Assembly (NCBI RefSeq): GCF_009914755.1
Contig: NC_060930.1
Reading direction: 5' to 3' (one strand)
DNA from: the human T2T-CHM13v2.0 reference genome, Homo sapiens
Length of the DNA: 64,000 nt
Shown here: piece by piece, positions 28,414-44,620 of the stretch
How positions within the stretch are numbered: the stretch's first letter is position 1
How the letters are laid out: each line of letters begins with the position of its first letter
Notes under the pieces: generated by a model
What the model saw: only the letters and a program-made list of their open reading frames with translations
Database searches by the model: none
Told to the model about the DNA's origin: nothing
Made by a program: the position numbers and the translations under genes

Positions 28414-30059
28414 ACAATGAGAACACATGGACACAAGAAGGGGAACATCACACTCTGGGGACTGTTGTGGGGTGGGGGGAGGAGGGAGGGATAGCTTTAG
28501 GAGATATACCTAATGCTAAATGACGAGTTACTGGGTGCAGCACACCAGCATGGCACATGTATACATATGTAACAAACCTGCACATTGTGCACATGTACCC
28601 TAAAACTTAAAGTATAATAATAATAAAATAAAAAATAAAAAACCAACACAATTATCTTAATAAAACCTCCAAACCCACTGTAGATTAATAAGAGCACAAC
28701 CAATTCATTTGACTAACTTCATTAAATTATAAGTTGTTGTACATGTCATTCTTGGCTTGTTAAAGACTCAAAAATCATTATGCAAGTAACTTTTAGTATG
28801 CCATTAGTAATATCATCCTTGCATGAAACATTAAATATTGATTAAATGCTGCTGAGGCAAGAGGTTGAAAAAAGTAACAGCAAATAAATGCATTTTTATA
28901 AATGAAAAATATCCTACATCACATTAAAGAAAGAAACAAGGGAGCTTATGTAGATGTATTAGAAAAGTTGCAGCTTTGAAAAACCTGTAAAAAGAAAATG
29001 CTAAACTTCTGTAGGAGAGGCTAAGATCTGATAATTATCTTGACAAGTAGACCAATTCTACTACAAATAGATTTATAGATTTAAGTTTTGGTTATCAACA
29101 GTCAGAACTTTTTGTCTTTTGCTTTACCAAAATCAGTTGAAATATTATTCAAAATATTACATAGGTTACAAAAAGGTAGATATAAAAATTAATAGTATTC
29201 AAAATTGTATTATTTCATATGAAACTTCATCAATAAATTTACAAAGCTTTACTAAAAAAAAGGAATATATGGTTGCCATTATGATTATAGTAAATTCTCC
29301 CTCTTCTGGGAAAAATTTAGAGACACCCTTAACCTTTTGACTTTGTTCACCCTCTTACAAGAGTCACAGATTTCTGCTTGTGTGCTACAGATACTGATGC
29401 TGTCAAGGAGGTGAACAGATGCAGTGTCCCAAAATTGAACAGAAAAATAAAATACAGACTGTTGAAGAAAGGTCAGGAAGAGGCAGCTGCACAGGAAGAG
29501 TAAGCAGAAAACAACATTCAAGGTCCAACCCCTGATGAGGTGCTAAGTGACTGGTGAGAGTAATTCCTGCTGTAATCCAGTTAACATTTAGCACCTAATT
29601 ATCACTTCTCAGTGGAGTCCAGACTAGATAATTGTGAACTGCAACCTCCGAGCTGCACGAGAAATGTATGATGCTACTAAGCCATGGATTCAATCATTTA
29701 GCAGGTACTGCTATCTAGAAGTAAGTAGAAAGACATGTAGAATATTACTCTGGTTAACCAGTGAAGGGTCATCTTTTTTTCTGGATCTGGACTGCAGTTC
29801 AGTGGATTTTAGCCCAACAAGAAGTGAATGACTTAATCCAAAATTTCCTTCTATATTCCCTCTTGTACTAGCAGTCAGGGACTCTAGAAAATTCAATGTG
29901 AGACTCCAAACCTCAAGTCCCTTCATATAGGGTACAAAGCAATGCTAGCAATTCATCACTTTTGTTTTGTTTTTGCTTTTGTTTTTCAGGAGAGATGACA
30001 AACTTCCTCATCCTTCCAGTCTTCCAAAATACATTTTCTTAATATCTAAATGGGGTAAC

Positions 30060-30790
30060 TGCCTGGGATAGAATAATGACTAAAACATAGGTCCCAGGCC
30101 TGAGAAGCTCATAGTCTAATATAAGAGACTAATGGAGAAGCCAGAGATTTTCTATTTATGTAATAAAGTCATGGGGGGAGGTAGAAGTTTGTAGTAGCAC
30201 ACAAAACAGGGCAACTAAATCTGCCTAAAAAAGCCTTAGAAGGCTTTTCACAGAAGTAATGACATGTATGTTACATCTCAAAGATAAATAAAAGAAAAAA
30301 AGAGGAAAGGCATTCTGGGCAGATAGAAGGGTAAGAATAATAGAAAAAGGCTTAGCATGTTTGAGCAAAATAAGAAGTTTGTCATCATGTATGCTGTGGA
30401 GTAGGGGACATGGTATTGGAAAGACAGGCAGAGAATATAGCGTAAAACATAGCATGAAGAATATTATAAAATAAACCTAGGAGTTTGGATTTAATCTTGT
30501 AGGTAATGGGAACCAGTAGTGTTTTGTTTCATTGCATTTTTAAGACAGGATAGTGACATGGATTTTCATTTTTGAATGATCATTTCAAAAATTAAAGATG
30601 TAGAGATATGTATTAAGATGAAAGAGAATAGAGATAAGAAAAAGTAGGTGTAAGTAATGTGATGGAAGGGAAGAGAATGGAGATGATAAAGACCAGACAG
30701 AACATTGTCACAATGGTCTGGGAGGAAAATGTTGGGATTGTGAATCAGGACAAAGACAGTGGAGATAGAAGACAGGTCAATTTTAAAAGA
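30060..30790 (-). mobile_element. L2 relic
   Basis: agctcatagtctaat; gaaaggcattctgggcaga; ggagtttggatttaatcttgtaggtaatggg. Confidence 0.6.
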
Positions 30791-30798
30791 CTTTTTGG

Positions 30799-31160
<362 letters not shown>

Positions 31161-31921
31161 TTAAGAATACGTTTGCAATAAAGAGTGGGGTAAAAGTCAT
31201 GTTGTGGAGTAGGAAAGAGGTGGAAATAGAAGCCTCTCTCAAGCAGTAGTGAATGAAGGCTCTTTCCTCATCCCTGGTATAGAGGTGATACCAATCTTCA
31301 GCACTACTGCATGGAAATCCAGTCATGGAATAAGATGAAGCTAACTGGATTACCTCGGGTCACTAGCTTGGCCTCATTTGAACCACTTCAGTCAACCAGC
31401 CCCAGACCAAAAGCTTTAAACGCAAACTCATTTTCCAGGAGCACACTATTCTCAAGAAAACCAAAAAGCTATTCTTTCAAATAGCCCTGATTTAACCTCA
31501 ATCCCCCAGAAAGCTGAGCCAAGGACAAAGACATATGTGCAAGAAATTGATAGAGTGGAATTCCAGGAGCAAGAGAGTAAAGCAGGGAAGAGTCAACACA
31601 AATACACATCAGCTACTGCCACCGACAGCTGGTTGCTCAGTCATCCAAGCATTGTGCCTAAACACTACACTGATTAAGAGCTTTTTTACCTCTCTGGTTC
31701 ACACCCTCACTATTATTTCTTTTGACCTGTTACAATAGTTTAGTAACTAACAGTATACAAAATACATTAGGAATATGCAAAGTACTATAAAAAATTACCT
31801 GTTACTTATACTCAGATTATCACATCTTAGAGCAGGTCTTATTCTCCAGATTCAATAGAGTTGTTCTAGTTGTAGGTAGCTGTCCCTTCCTTCTTATATA
31901 GACCTCTTTTACTTTTGCATT

Positions 31922-32390
31922 ATACTGGGTTGAACAATGTCACATCCCAAAATTTTTGTCCCCCACACTCAACTCCTCCTGCAGAACCTCAGAATGTGGC
32001 CTTATTTAGAAATAGGGTCTTTACAGATGCAGTTAGTTAAGGTGAGGTCATACTGGATTAGGCTGGGCCCTAAATCCAATGACTGGCGTCTTCATAAGAG
32101 AAAGGAGAAGGAGATTCAGAACACGGAGGAGGGAAGAAGGTGATGTAAAAATAGAGGCAGAGATTTCAGTGATATATCCACAAGCCAAGGAACACTAAGG
32201 ATTGCCAGCAACCACCAGAAGCTGGGAGAGAAGCATAAGATGGTTTCTCCCTCAGAGCCTCCAGAAGGATCAATCCTGCCAACATTTTGATTTCAGACTT
32301 CTGGTCTCCAGAACTGTGAGAGAATAAGTTTCTGTTCTAAGCCACTCCATTTGTGACACCCGCTTAATGCAGCCCTAGAAAGTGAACACA
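31922..32390 (+). mobile_element. MLT1C-like solo LTR
   Basis: agaacctcagaatgtggccttatttagaaatagggtc...cagacttctggtctccagaactgtgagagaataa. Confidence 0.85.
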
Positions 32391-32679
32391 AGCATTGTCC
32401 TCACTGACAATTCCTTGATCAGGATATTTGAATACCTGGGTTCCTCTGCTGGATCTGCCAAATGAGAGCTCAAAGTCCACATACTCAACCAGCTAGACTG
32501 ACCGAACACCACATCTGCCTCCTCCAAAAAACACAGATTGTTAACCTGTAAAACTGAACTGAATGTTTTTATGATATAATTACTCTAACCTTCAGAAAAG
32601 TTGAGGATGGATTCACAGACAATGTATAACATATACACATAAAATAATTTAGTTTGTAGGTATTTTAGAAAAAGAAAGG

Positions 32680-32944
32680 TTGGGAGACCAAGGCGGGCAG
32701 ATCCCTTGAGGGCAGGAGTTCGAGACCAGTCTGGCCAACATGGCAAAACCCCGTCTCTACTAAAAATACAAAAGTTAGCCAGGCGTGGTGGCGCATGCCT
32801 GTAATCCTAGATACTCAGGAGGCTGAGGCAAGAGAACTGCTTGAACCCAGGAGGCAGAGGTTGCAATGAGCTGAGATCGTGCCACTGCACTCCAGTCTGG
32901 GTGGTGAGAAAGCAAGACTCTGTCAAAAAAAAAAAAAAAAAAAA
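32680..32944 (+). mobile_element. Alu (AluS), 5'-truncated
   Basis: Begins at ttgggagaccaaggcggg; poly(A) tail. Confidence 0.93.
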
Positions 32945-33960
32945 GCCATTTATCTTCAGTGCTCCCAAACTAAGGTCAAGGAATTTAGCTCTATAGTGTA
33001 AAATTTCTCAATTCACACTAGTGTCCCAGAAAAGAGGGGAGAAATTAGGTTAGTGTATGAGAAAAACGAAAAGGAAGAAAAGAAGAAAAAGAGAGGAATA
33101 AAGAAACATCCTACTTCATTATTACCAAGACATACATTCTTTTACAAATTACTCTCTAGAATTGGGATGAATCATAAGGTCTTGTGATCATGAGGTAGAT
33201 GTTACGCCACACTTTTATAAAACCCTCTTTTAACAATTTCTGGAAAGTTCAAGAAAACAACAGCATCAGAGCACACTGGAATTGATGAAATATGAGTAAC
33301 AAAAATTAAGGGAGACAGTCTGAAGTGGTTCCACATGCTTTAGAAAAGTACTTTTATAAAAGATGAGTTGCTATTCGCACATTGTAGAGTTCCCCGGGGT
33401 TTAGGGGATAGTAAGTAACACCCTAGCCACCTGCTCAATGTAGAAACTGTCTTTTACACCCTAGAATATGCATCCTATTATCAATCATTGCAAGATTTTT
33501 TATAAGAAGCACTTTTAAAAATTTTTTTACAGTTTTGCGAAGTATGAAGAAATGACTTAGAATAATAAATTTGAAAAATGAAGGGTCTTTAATTGTTAAA
33601 TTCTTGATTTTACAGACTCGTGAAATTGAAAGACAAAGAGATAGGTGACCTGCACAAAGTTGTAGTTAGAAGTATACTGAGAACTCAGTATTCCAGACAG
33701 CATGTAGCATTTTCTTTTTTTTATAATTTCAATTTTTATTTTAGATTCAGTGGGTACATGTGCAAGTTTGTCACATGGGTATACTGCATGATTATGAGGT
33801 TTGGAGTATGAATGATCCCATCACTCAGATAGTGAGCACAGTACACAATAGGTACTTTTTCAGTCCTTAAACGCCTCCCTCTCTCCTGCCTTTAATGGTT
33901 GCCAGTGTCTATTGTTTCCATATTTATGTGCACGTGTAGCCAAAGCTTAGCTCCCACTTA

Positions 33961-34266
<306 letters not shown>

Positions 34267-34826
34267 ATAAGTGAGAACATGTGGTATGTGGATTTTTGTT
34301 CCTGCATTAATTCACTTAGGATAATGGCCACCAGCTGCATCTATGTTGCTGCAAAGGACATGATTTTGTTCTTTTTTATGGCTGCATAGTATTCCATGGT
34401 ATATATGTACTAAATTTTTTTAAATACAATCCACCAGTATGAGCACCTGGGTTGATTCCATGTCTTTGCTGTTGAGAATAGTGCTGTGATGAACACATAA
34501 GTGCAAATGTCATTTTGGTAGAATAATTTGTTTTCCTTTGAGTATATACCCAGTAATAGGACTGCTGGGCCAAATGATAGATCTGTTTCAAGTTCCTTGA
34601 GAAATCTCCAAACTGCTTTCCACAGTGGCTGAACTAATTTCCATTTCCACCAACAGTGTGTAAGCATTCCCTTTTCTCCACAGCCTTGCCAGCATCTGTT
34701 ATCTTTTGACTTTTTATGATAGCCATTCTGATTAATGTGAGATGTCGTCTCATGATTTTAACTTGCATTTCTCTGATAATTAGGGATGTTGAGCATTTTT
34801 TCATATATTTGTTGGCCTCTTGCATG

Positions 34827-35145
<319 letters not shown>

Positions 35146-35810
35146 TGTCTTCCTTTGATAAATGTATATTCATGTCTTTGCCTACATTTTAATGGGATTG
35201 TTTTTTCATTTTTCAACTGTTTAAGTTCCTTATAGATTCTGGATATTAGACCTTTATCAGATGCATAGTTTGTGAATATTTTCTCTCATTCTGTAGGCTG
35301 TCTGTTTACTCTGATGATAGTTTCTTTTGCTGTGCAGAAGCTCTTTAGTTTAATTAGGTCCCACTTGTCAATTTTTGTTTTTGTTTCAATTGCTTTTGAG
35401 AACTTAGTCATAAATTCTTTGCCAAGGCCAATGTCCAGAATGGTGTTTTCTAGAGTTTCTTCTAGGATTCTTATAGTTTGAGGTCTTACATTTAAATCTC
35501 TTATCCATCTTCAGTTAATTTTCGTATATGGTGAAAGGTAGGGGTCCAGTTTCATTCTTTTGCATATAGCTAACCAGCTATCCCAGCACTATTTATTGAA
35601 TAGGAAGTTCTTTCCCTATTACTTATTTTTGTTGACTTTGTCAAAAATCAGATGGCTGCAAGTATGCAGCTTTATTTCTGGGTTCTCTACTCTGTTCCAT
35701 CGGTCTACGTGTCTGTTTTTGTACCAGTACCATGCTGTTTTGGTTAGGATTGCTTTGGTTATTCGGGCTCTATTTTGATTCTACATGAATTTTAGAATAG
35801 TTTTTTCTAG

Positions 35811-36172
<362 letters not shown>

Positions 36173-36857
36173 TCAATGTATAGGTTGCTTTGGGTAGTAT
36201 GGCCATTTTAGCAATATTTATTCTTCTAATTCATGAACATGGAATGTTTTTCTATTCGTTTGTATCATCTATGATTTCTTTTAGCGTGTTTGTAGTTCTC
36301 TTTGTAGAGATCTTCCACCTCCTCAGGTAGACGTATTCCTAGGTAGATGTATTCCTCAGGTAGATGTATTTTATTTCTCTGTGGCCCTGTCTCAAAAACA
36401 AACAAACAAAAAGCTTTCAATTCCCTTTACCTTAAGAGTTATGGAAAGTCTCTCTGAAAAATGTTCCCAAATTATTCCTGTTTTAGACACAAGCATTGAT
36501 GATCTATATTAATGCAAGTGTAATATGGAATGGAGAATTTTTACAAATGGTGTCATTACCAGCCATTAATGCCATAGCTTTAATTTGTTCATTAAGTTTA
36601 GCAGCCAGTTACCTAACAGGTCATCAAAGGAGGGACACAGAAGAGGCAAGCACTGATAATGAAAGGTCTATATCACAGGTGTGCTCAGAAAAGGCAAGCA
36701 CAGGTAAGCAAGCTCAGGGAGAACTGTCAGGAAAACATGAGAAGCAAAAAGAAAAACACTGCTAGAAGGGCTCGAGGAAGAATTTTTCTTTATTTAGCAA
36801 ACTTGGGCTGAGACCTGATCGCTGAAATAATAAGTATTCATTTGTCTCTCCTCTATG

Positions 36858-36888
36858 CACACACACACAGACACACACACACACACAG
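36858..36888. repeat. Interrupted (CA)n
   Basis: Direct reading. Confidence 0.9.
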
Positions 36889-37834
36889 AGCACTCCTACA
36901 AGTTTAGCTCCACATTGAGGAAAGAAGTAATATTCCATTCCATGATGACCATTATAGCTATTGCTATGTGGTTAATGAGTTAATATATTCAAAGCACATA
37001 GATGTGGGCCAGACACATGGTAAGTACTATGTAAATGTTAGCAATTACTCTCATTATGTCCATCCATTTTTTTCCCACAAAACACTACTGGGACTCTCTT
37101 AAATGCCTAGCACTGAGAAATCAGATATGATTCCGAATTTTGAGGATTTTGGTTAAAAACAGGTGGCAGTGTTCAAATCTATTAACCTTATGAATTAAGT
37201 GTTTTTTATTCCCATTATATTCATGAAGAATTCAAGATTCAAAGAAGTGACTTGCAAATACACCACTGATAATTAATGAAGTTTGGACTTCAAACCAGGC
37301 TGTCTAAACTGAAATCAGAGCTAAAGCTCGGAATGTAGGATGCATGATTGCCATAGCTGTAGCAGACCAGTGATTCAATGATTTGGAAAAGGAGGCACAA
37401 GAGCAAGATATAACTAACTCTGCCTGAAAAAACTTGTAAAAGCTTAGAGAGAAGGTGACACTTAAGCAGAGAAGATTCCAAAAAAAAGAGAGGGCAGGGA
37501 GGTAAAAGGGTATTTCAGCCTAAGGCTCAATGCCTTGTTTTGCTATGGGGTCAGATGAACTCTGATAGCTATTTAAACCCAATAGCCTTCCTCTCCTTGT
37601 TTGGGATAGTTGGTTTGTTCATTCAATGAGTATTTATTAAACAACTTCTTTGTATAAGACCATATTAAGCACTGATATAGATAAAAGAAAATCCCAAAAT
37701 AGATTCCACCTCCAAGGATCTTCCTGAAGGAAGGAGCTGACTAGGTTAGCTCCTCTCTTAGTCCTCAGTTCTTGCAATTTGTGTGTAGTTCTCCTTTCAG
37801 CCTGGCATGGAGAGCAGGTATAAAATAGAGCATT

Positions 37835-38206
37835 GCAATGGGCTGAATGTTTGTGTACTTCTAAACTGCTTATGTTTCAATCCCAACACCCAGGGACTTG
37901 TATTAGAAAGTAAGACCTTTGGGAGGTAATTAGATTGTAAAGGTAGAGCCTTCACCAATGGGATTAGTGCTCTTGTAAGAAGACTTATAAGCTCCTATAA
38001 GAGAACTTGCTTCCTTTTTCTCTCTTTCCACCATACGAGGAAACAAGGACAAATCTACAACTTAGAAGAAGTTCTTCACCAGAACCCAACCATGCTAGCA
38101 CCCTGATCTCTGACTTCCAGACTCCAAAACTGTAAGAAATAAATGTTCGTTTTAAGTCACCCAGTCTATGGTAATTTGTTATAGCCGCTAGAACACACTA
38201 AAACAA
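37835..38206 (+). mobile_element. MLT1A-like solo LTR
   Basis: tgcaatgggctgaatgtttgtg...caccagaacccaaccatgctagcaccctgatctctgacttccag...ggtaatttgttatagc. Confidence 0.85.
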
Positions 38207-38829
38207 ACATAGTGCCTGTTACTCTAGGAGTGACTATCTGATATTCCATAATAAAGGTGACAAAAGATAGTATTATTTCCAGAAGAAGCAAAAATGTATT
38301 CAGTGCCCAAGAATGACAAATTTCAAAAAGAATTAGGACTCTAGTTTAATCTAGACAAGAAATATGAAATGTTGTCCAAAAATAAGTTGGAAGAGAGCAG
38401 GATATTTCCATAGATAGCATTTATCTCGAGAAAATTCTGAGCTGGAAATACGAAGAGGTAAGCTCATGGCATATGCAGGGTAGCAGAGTCAGAACTTGAA
38501 TCCAGTTGAATTCAACAAGGCAAATGTCAGTAAGCCCTCTCCTTTGAACCTGGCAAACATGGTGAGAACCTCTCATTGGTTCTGGGAGAGAAGGAAAGTG
38601 ACTGAAAACTCTAAGTTGTTATTAATGCTTCTTAAAACCTATTACATTTTTTATGATTTTGTGGAACAGCATAATTAAACCACATGCAGCATGCTTTACT
38701 TGCCTCAGGGAAAGCTCACTGGATAAACAAGGTATGGTTCCTCCCTTGCAGCTTCCACTGTCAAGGTTAATAGGAAAAAAATCTAAATAAGTATTACTGT
38801 TCCTAGCAACAACAATAATAATAACAGTG

Positions 38830-39030
38830 GCAAACAATGAAGGACTGCCTTTTATGTGCCAGGTGCTTTATCCTTGTTTTCCCTGATCCTTTCACATATT
38901 CTCTGAAGTAAGTATTACTATCCCCATTTTGCATGTAAGCTGACCAATACTCAGGGAAATTTAGAAACTTTCCCAAAATGACACAGCCAGGAAGTGGCAC
39001 AGCTGGGACTCAAACCTAGATTAACCCCAA
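38830..39030 (-). mobile_element. MIR
   Basis: tatgtgccaggtgcttta...gtattactatccccattttgca...cccaaaatgacacagccaggaagtggcacagctgggactcaaacc. Confidence 0.8.
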
Positions 39031-39998
39031 CTCTACAGTAAAATAATGCTCAGTGTACATGAGAAGGAAGTAATATCAGACCTTGTAACGCTGGGCAAAA
39101 TAGCAATACAGGAGACCTGAATTCAGATCTTGGTTGTACCACTTGCTAACTCTGTGAGCCTACAGCTAGTTGCTAAACACATGACCGTTAGGTACAAGAT
39201 TACAGTTAATGAGAGAATTGTATAAGATTAGATGTTGTAAATGTGCCAAAACCAATACCTAGCACATAAGATTCTGATTTAAAGCTAGTCAAACCTAAAT
39301 AACCAAGTATATTTCATTTTAAGGAAACCGAGAATAATATGCCAAAATCAGAATTTACCAAACATGCTTCCATTTCCATTTCCAAACAAAAGAATTCCTG
39401 TATTATACCATCAACAGAAAAATATTCCCGATGTGTGTAAAAGATCATTTGATTTACAAACATTAACTTTATACAGGTTCCCAGGCACATTGATTTCATC
39501 AAGCAAGGTACACCTGAGGTCTAGTGACTAAGACATTACATTCCTCCTGCATCTTCGATTCTTAAAAACTGCTTCCAAAACAAATTATTAGAAACTACAT
39601 ACAATTTAATCACTCTATTCTTTACTCTTCAAGTCAATGGCGACTTACAAATGGTGAAGGGAACTAAAATGTACTGTGTGCCTATCATGTGCCAGTTTTC
39701 TTACGTGAATCTCACCAGGTAGGTTTACTTACAGGGTTCACAAACACTATACTCTTGATAATTTCAGACCCTGGAATGGAATTATCAAGATCTCATCAGT
39801 CATTCTAACTCCCAGAGGAGTGATTAATCTATCTGCAAGGCTTTCTCTCATCTGTAATTACAGTGGCCATATATCCTGGGCTTCTCAGTTCATTTTAAAC
39901 ATTCTCTCTTGTCGCCAGACCATGTCTCCCAATTTTGAGGTTGGTTGATAGACTCTTGGTATCTTTAATTTAGAGTGAATTTAAAGCATATATTTCTC

Positions 39999-40150
39999 AG
40001 AAAGAAAGAGGGAGGGAGGAAGGGAGGGAGGAAGGAAGAAAGTAATAGGAAGGAAGGAAAGAAGGAAGGTAGGAAGGCAGGGAGGGAGGGAGGGAGGGAG
40101 GGAGGAAAGGGGTAAGGGGGGGGCCAGAGAGAGAGAGACAGAGAGAGAGC
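39999..40150. repeat. Polypurine low-complexity tract (GGAA/GGGA/GA)
   Basis: Direct reading. Confidence 0.9.
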
Positions 40151-41604
40151 AAGCCCTTCCTCCTCACCCACACATGGGCCACATGAAGCAGGGGCACATT
40201 TATCCAGGAAATTGATGTAGTAGCCACAAGGGATTCATTTACAAGGGGAAACTATAGCCCTCAAAGAGGCAAACAGTATGAATACATCAAGCTTAGCAGT
40301 AAAGCCTCATCCATTTGCAGGTCTATCTGCCCTACCCCCTCTCCTTTTATGTTATTCATGGTCATTTGTAGAACTAATCAACTGCCAGATGAGGTGTGAA
40401 TTTGGTGGGCTTAAAAAAAAATTTTTTTTTTTTTGCTGGTATTTGGCAAGACTGCCTCTCCTCTCCTGACAAATTAATTACCTGTGAATACCTCCCAGCA
40501 GCCCCAGACTTTCTTAGATGAAAGAACAGTGGGTATATGTGCTCACTCTTTCAAAATGTGAGCATAATAAATGAAGTGATCAAAACACAGGGCTCAGACC
40601 TGGAGCCAAGGACAGAGAGCCTGCTGTACGTTCTTCACAACACTGTTTTCATCAGCATCAACTTCCACAGATCACAGTTTCCAGGGCTGCCAGCAGAATG
40701 GATTTAATATTGCCACGTGGGAAGAAGAAAAAGCCACAGGGGTGAAGGAGCTATCAGAAAGAGAGAGGCCTTAAAAAGTTCTCCTAGAGAGCTTCTTAAA
40801 GGCAGGGGAGAAGGGACAGCATTGAAGCACTGGGGTCCTGCTGCCATGTGGAAACTCCCTTACCTTTGGAGGCAACAGGGCTGGAGGAAAATGGGTTGCT
40901 GGACCCGCACAGGGTGCTAGTGCTGGTTCTGGCTACGGCAACTTTCAGTGATCTATTAGCACTTAGGGCTACAATTTTCCTTACATTTGCAGGAGTTTGC
41001 TTCCAGGTTACCTTGCAATTTCTTCTTAATTGTTCCACCTGGATCTGAGCCTCCAGCTGGTTTTAAGTGTCTCAAGGGCAGGAACCAAGATTGCCATTTC
41101 ATTTATAACTTTCTACAGTGCTGAGTAGCAAAATAACATTTGTATAATGCTCTACGGTTTGCAGATTGCTTCCTGGGCATTAGCTCATTTGTTCTTCACC
41201 ATAACCCTGAGAAGTGGGAACTATTATTATCTTTATTTTGCATAATCAGAATTCGGTGCACATGTGAAGGCTGCTTTATCTCTGGATGATTAGTCCATTT
41301 CATTAAAAGGCTAACATGGTTTTCGTTATGTCCTGGGCACTTATAACACATAAAGAAGAAAGGAAAATATGCACAACTTTGTGAAAGGTGAACTCTATAC
41401 AAGTTACTGGCTTGGAGAATTTTGACTATAGGTTTTAGTTTAGAAAACCTCCCAGGAATATATAAAGATGTGAGAAAAAATGGGACTACATGAGCCAAGC
41501 CTTCATCTTCAAGTCCGTCCATCTGAGAGGCTTGCAGAAAGCCCTGGGAGATGAGCTCCTTAACCGTTAGCACAAGTTTTCCAATCCTCGTAGACATCAA
41601 ATAG

Positions 41605-42111
41605 TGCTGGGCAGGGTGTGAGAGCCCCAGCATCGGAAAGTGGTTGGCTTGCAGGTCGTAGGGTAGTAAGAATTTACTGACAACAGTATAGGTTTGAAAA
41701 GGTAAGTTTCATTGGATAGAAAGAATGCTGCAGAAGAATGCAGCAGGTGCCTCAGCAAGACAGAACTGAGTGCGCCATGGTGGATTTTTCCTTATGGGTA
41801 TTCATGGACCTTAACGTGGGAGCTGAAGGGTAATTTGGACCGTATTAGCCATGTAGGTCATGATAAATGATTACATTTGAGAAATTTTGGTGCCTTGATG
41901 TTAGCAAGGGTTGCACAATGAGTTTTGCCATGCACGCATTCCAGAGATGTATAAAAAATCTAGTTACTTATAAATTTGGGAGAAAGAAGCCTGGTATCAG
42001 ATGCTGTCTTTAGCTAAGAGGGAAGTCTAATTCCTTCTAAATTCCTCAGATAAGGAGTTTTTCCTCTGGATGGCCTGCTTGATGGTCGCCGGGTGATCTT
42101 TTCTCTCCTCA
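41605..42111 (-). mobile_element. Solo ERV LTR (possibly LTR42-like)
   Basis: About 500 bp with TG...CA ends; minus strand starts tgaggagagaaaagatcacccggcgaccatcaagcaggcc; family name tentative. Confidence 0.65.
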
Positions 42112-42639
42112 GTACTGTCTATAGCTGAATAAGTAACACATCTCATACATATATGCTCATGCTTTTGTGAATGATTAAATCTCATTTAAGCATGACTTTA
42201 TTCACAGTAGACTTTTTTCTTCATTATATGTGTTCTCAAACAACAAGTGCCAGAAGAATAACTGCTTTCACGTGAGAACCATTACATTTGGAAGGGGTCC
42301 TCATATGGTAAGGTAGGTGGTCTTGCTGCCTGAGAGCCAGTGTGAGATCTGGAAACGAAGCCTGGGTTCCTGAGCTGGAGATGATCCTCAGGAAGTGTGT
42401 GAGTGGGTCAAATGTCACATTGAGCAGAGTAGGTACCACAGCATTGCTCTACTCCTAAGTGATGTTTAAATGCCTTACTCAAGTTTCTTCAGATCTCATC
42501 AATGCTGTGTTCTAAGGAGACTTAATCCAAGAAAAGGGGGTCACTTAAGGAGAGAAATAGTAAACAGGGAAGAGAGCTCATCACCATCACTATCATCTTC
42601 ACTTGTTTCAACAGATCCAGTTTGGAACTCCAGAAAATA

Positions 42640-44120
42640 CACTGGCAGAAATAAAAAATCTATTCTTGTCATCCTTATCAATAGCATCTTTATCATCACT
42701 TCTCCCATAATAAATCTATGCAGTCAATACAATTTCAATCAAAGTCTGATGAGTTTCTTCATGGAACATTCAAACTGATTCTAGAATGTATTTGGAAGAG
42801 CAAATGGGCAAGAATAGCTAAGAAAATTTTATGAAAGAACAGAATTGGGACCGGCCCTCCTAGGTGTCAAGATATATTAAAAGCTACAGCAATTATATGG
42901 CATCGGTGTAGGAGTAAATAGGTTATTTAAAAATAATCAAAAACTGAAACAGATCCATGTTGATGTAGGAACTTAATGTTCAATGAAGTTAACACTTTAT
43001 GAGGAAAGAACAGATTAGTAAGTAAGTGATACTGGGAATAATAGACTTCCTTTTGAAACAAAAAAGAAAATTTGTTAATATAAAGATTCCATATAGATTA
43101 AACACAAAGTGTTAAAAGAAAATGTTGGAGAATGTATCTATGACTTTGGGGGTAGGAAAAGTTCTCCTTAAACGATGCAAAAACACAAAAAAAAATCTTT
43201 AAAAGAATAATAAATTTAGCTACCTCACAATTTAAAATTTCTGTTTGTCAAAAGATACCACAAGCAGAGTTAAAACACAAGCAAAAATAGAAAATATTTG
43301 CATCATATAGAACAAATAATTAGTATCCCATATCAATAAGAAAACATCAAACTGGCAGAAAAATAGGCAACATATATTTCCAGGCAATTCACAATAAAGG
43401 AAATATAAACAGCAAATAAACATGTAAACGTATACTCAACCTCACTGATCATTAGCATGTTAAAACCACAAATGATATATCTTTTCTTTTTTCACACACA
43501 TGATTATTAGACATTTAAAAAGGGCTGACAAATTTGACAAGAGTATAAAGAAAATGTTACTGTCAACTGCTGTTGGTTGAAATGCAAATTGGCATTGCCA
43601 CTTTGGTGGTCGTAGTGCAGAACAAGTTGAAGCTAAAAATACGTACCCCTTTTGATCCTGTGCATCTACTTCTTGATGGCTTCCCTCGAGAAATTTTTGC
43701 ACAAGTGAGCTGTAAAGATGTTTGTTGCAGCATTGTTTGTGCAAGTAAAAAAGTAGGATTAACCAAAATGTCCATTGATAGAGAAATGGTTTTTAAAAAT
43801 ATAATGCATACACCCTAGGGGACTCTGCAGTAGTTAAAGATAGTAAGTTATCTACACCTATTAACTTGGGTTGATCTCAAAAACATAACAATTGAAGAAA
43901 AAAAGCTGTAGAATACTATATATTACCTCTAGGGCGAAAAAAATACATGTCTATGCCCAGCAAAAGATCAGGAAAGATATGCCAAAAAATGTCAAGAGTG
44001 ATTACCTCTCAATAGAGGGGTAGGAAACTAAGAATGAAATTGAGGAGAATAAATGGCTGAGGGACACTTTGGCCTCATCTATCTGTAATATTTCCATTTT
44101 TAACAGGGATACTGTATTTT
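42640..44120 (+). mobile_element. Old L1 (L1ME/MC-type) 3' portion
   Basis: Degraded ORF2 end and 3'UTR (caaactgattctagaatgtatttggaagagcaaatggg; taccccttttgatcc; aaatgtccattgatagagaaatgg). Confidence 0.75.
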
Positions 44121-44126
44121 TGTTTA

Positions 44127-44620
<494 letters not shown>

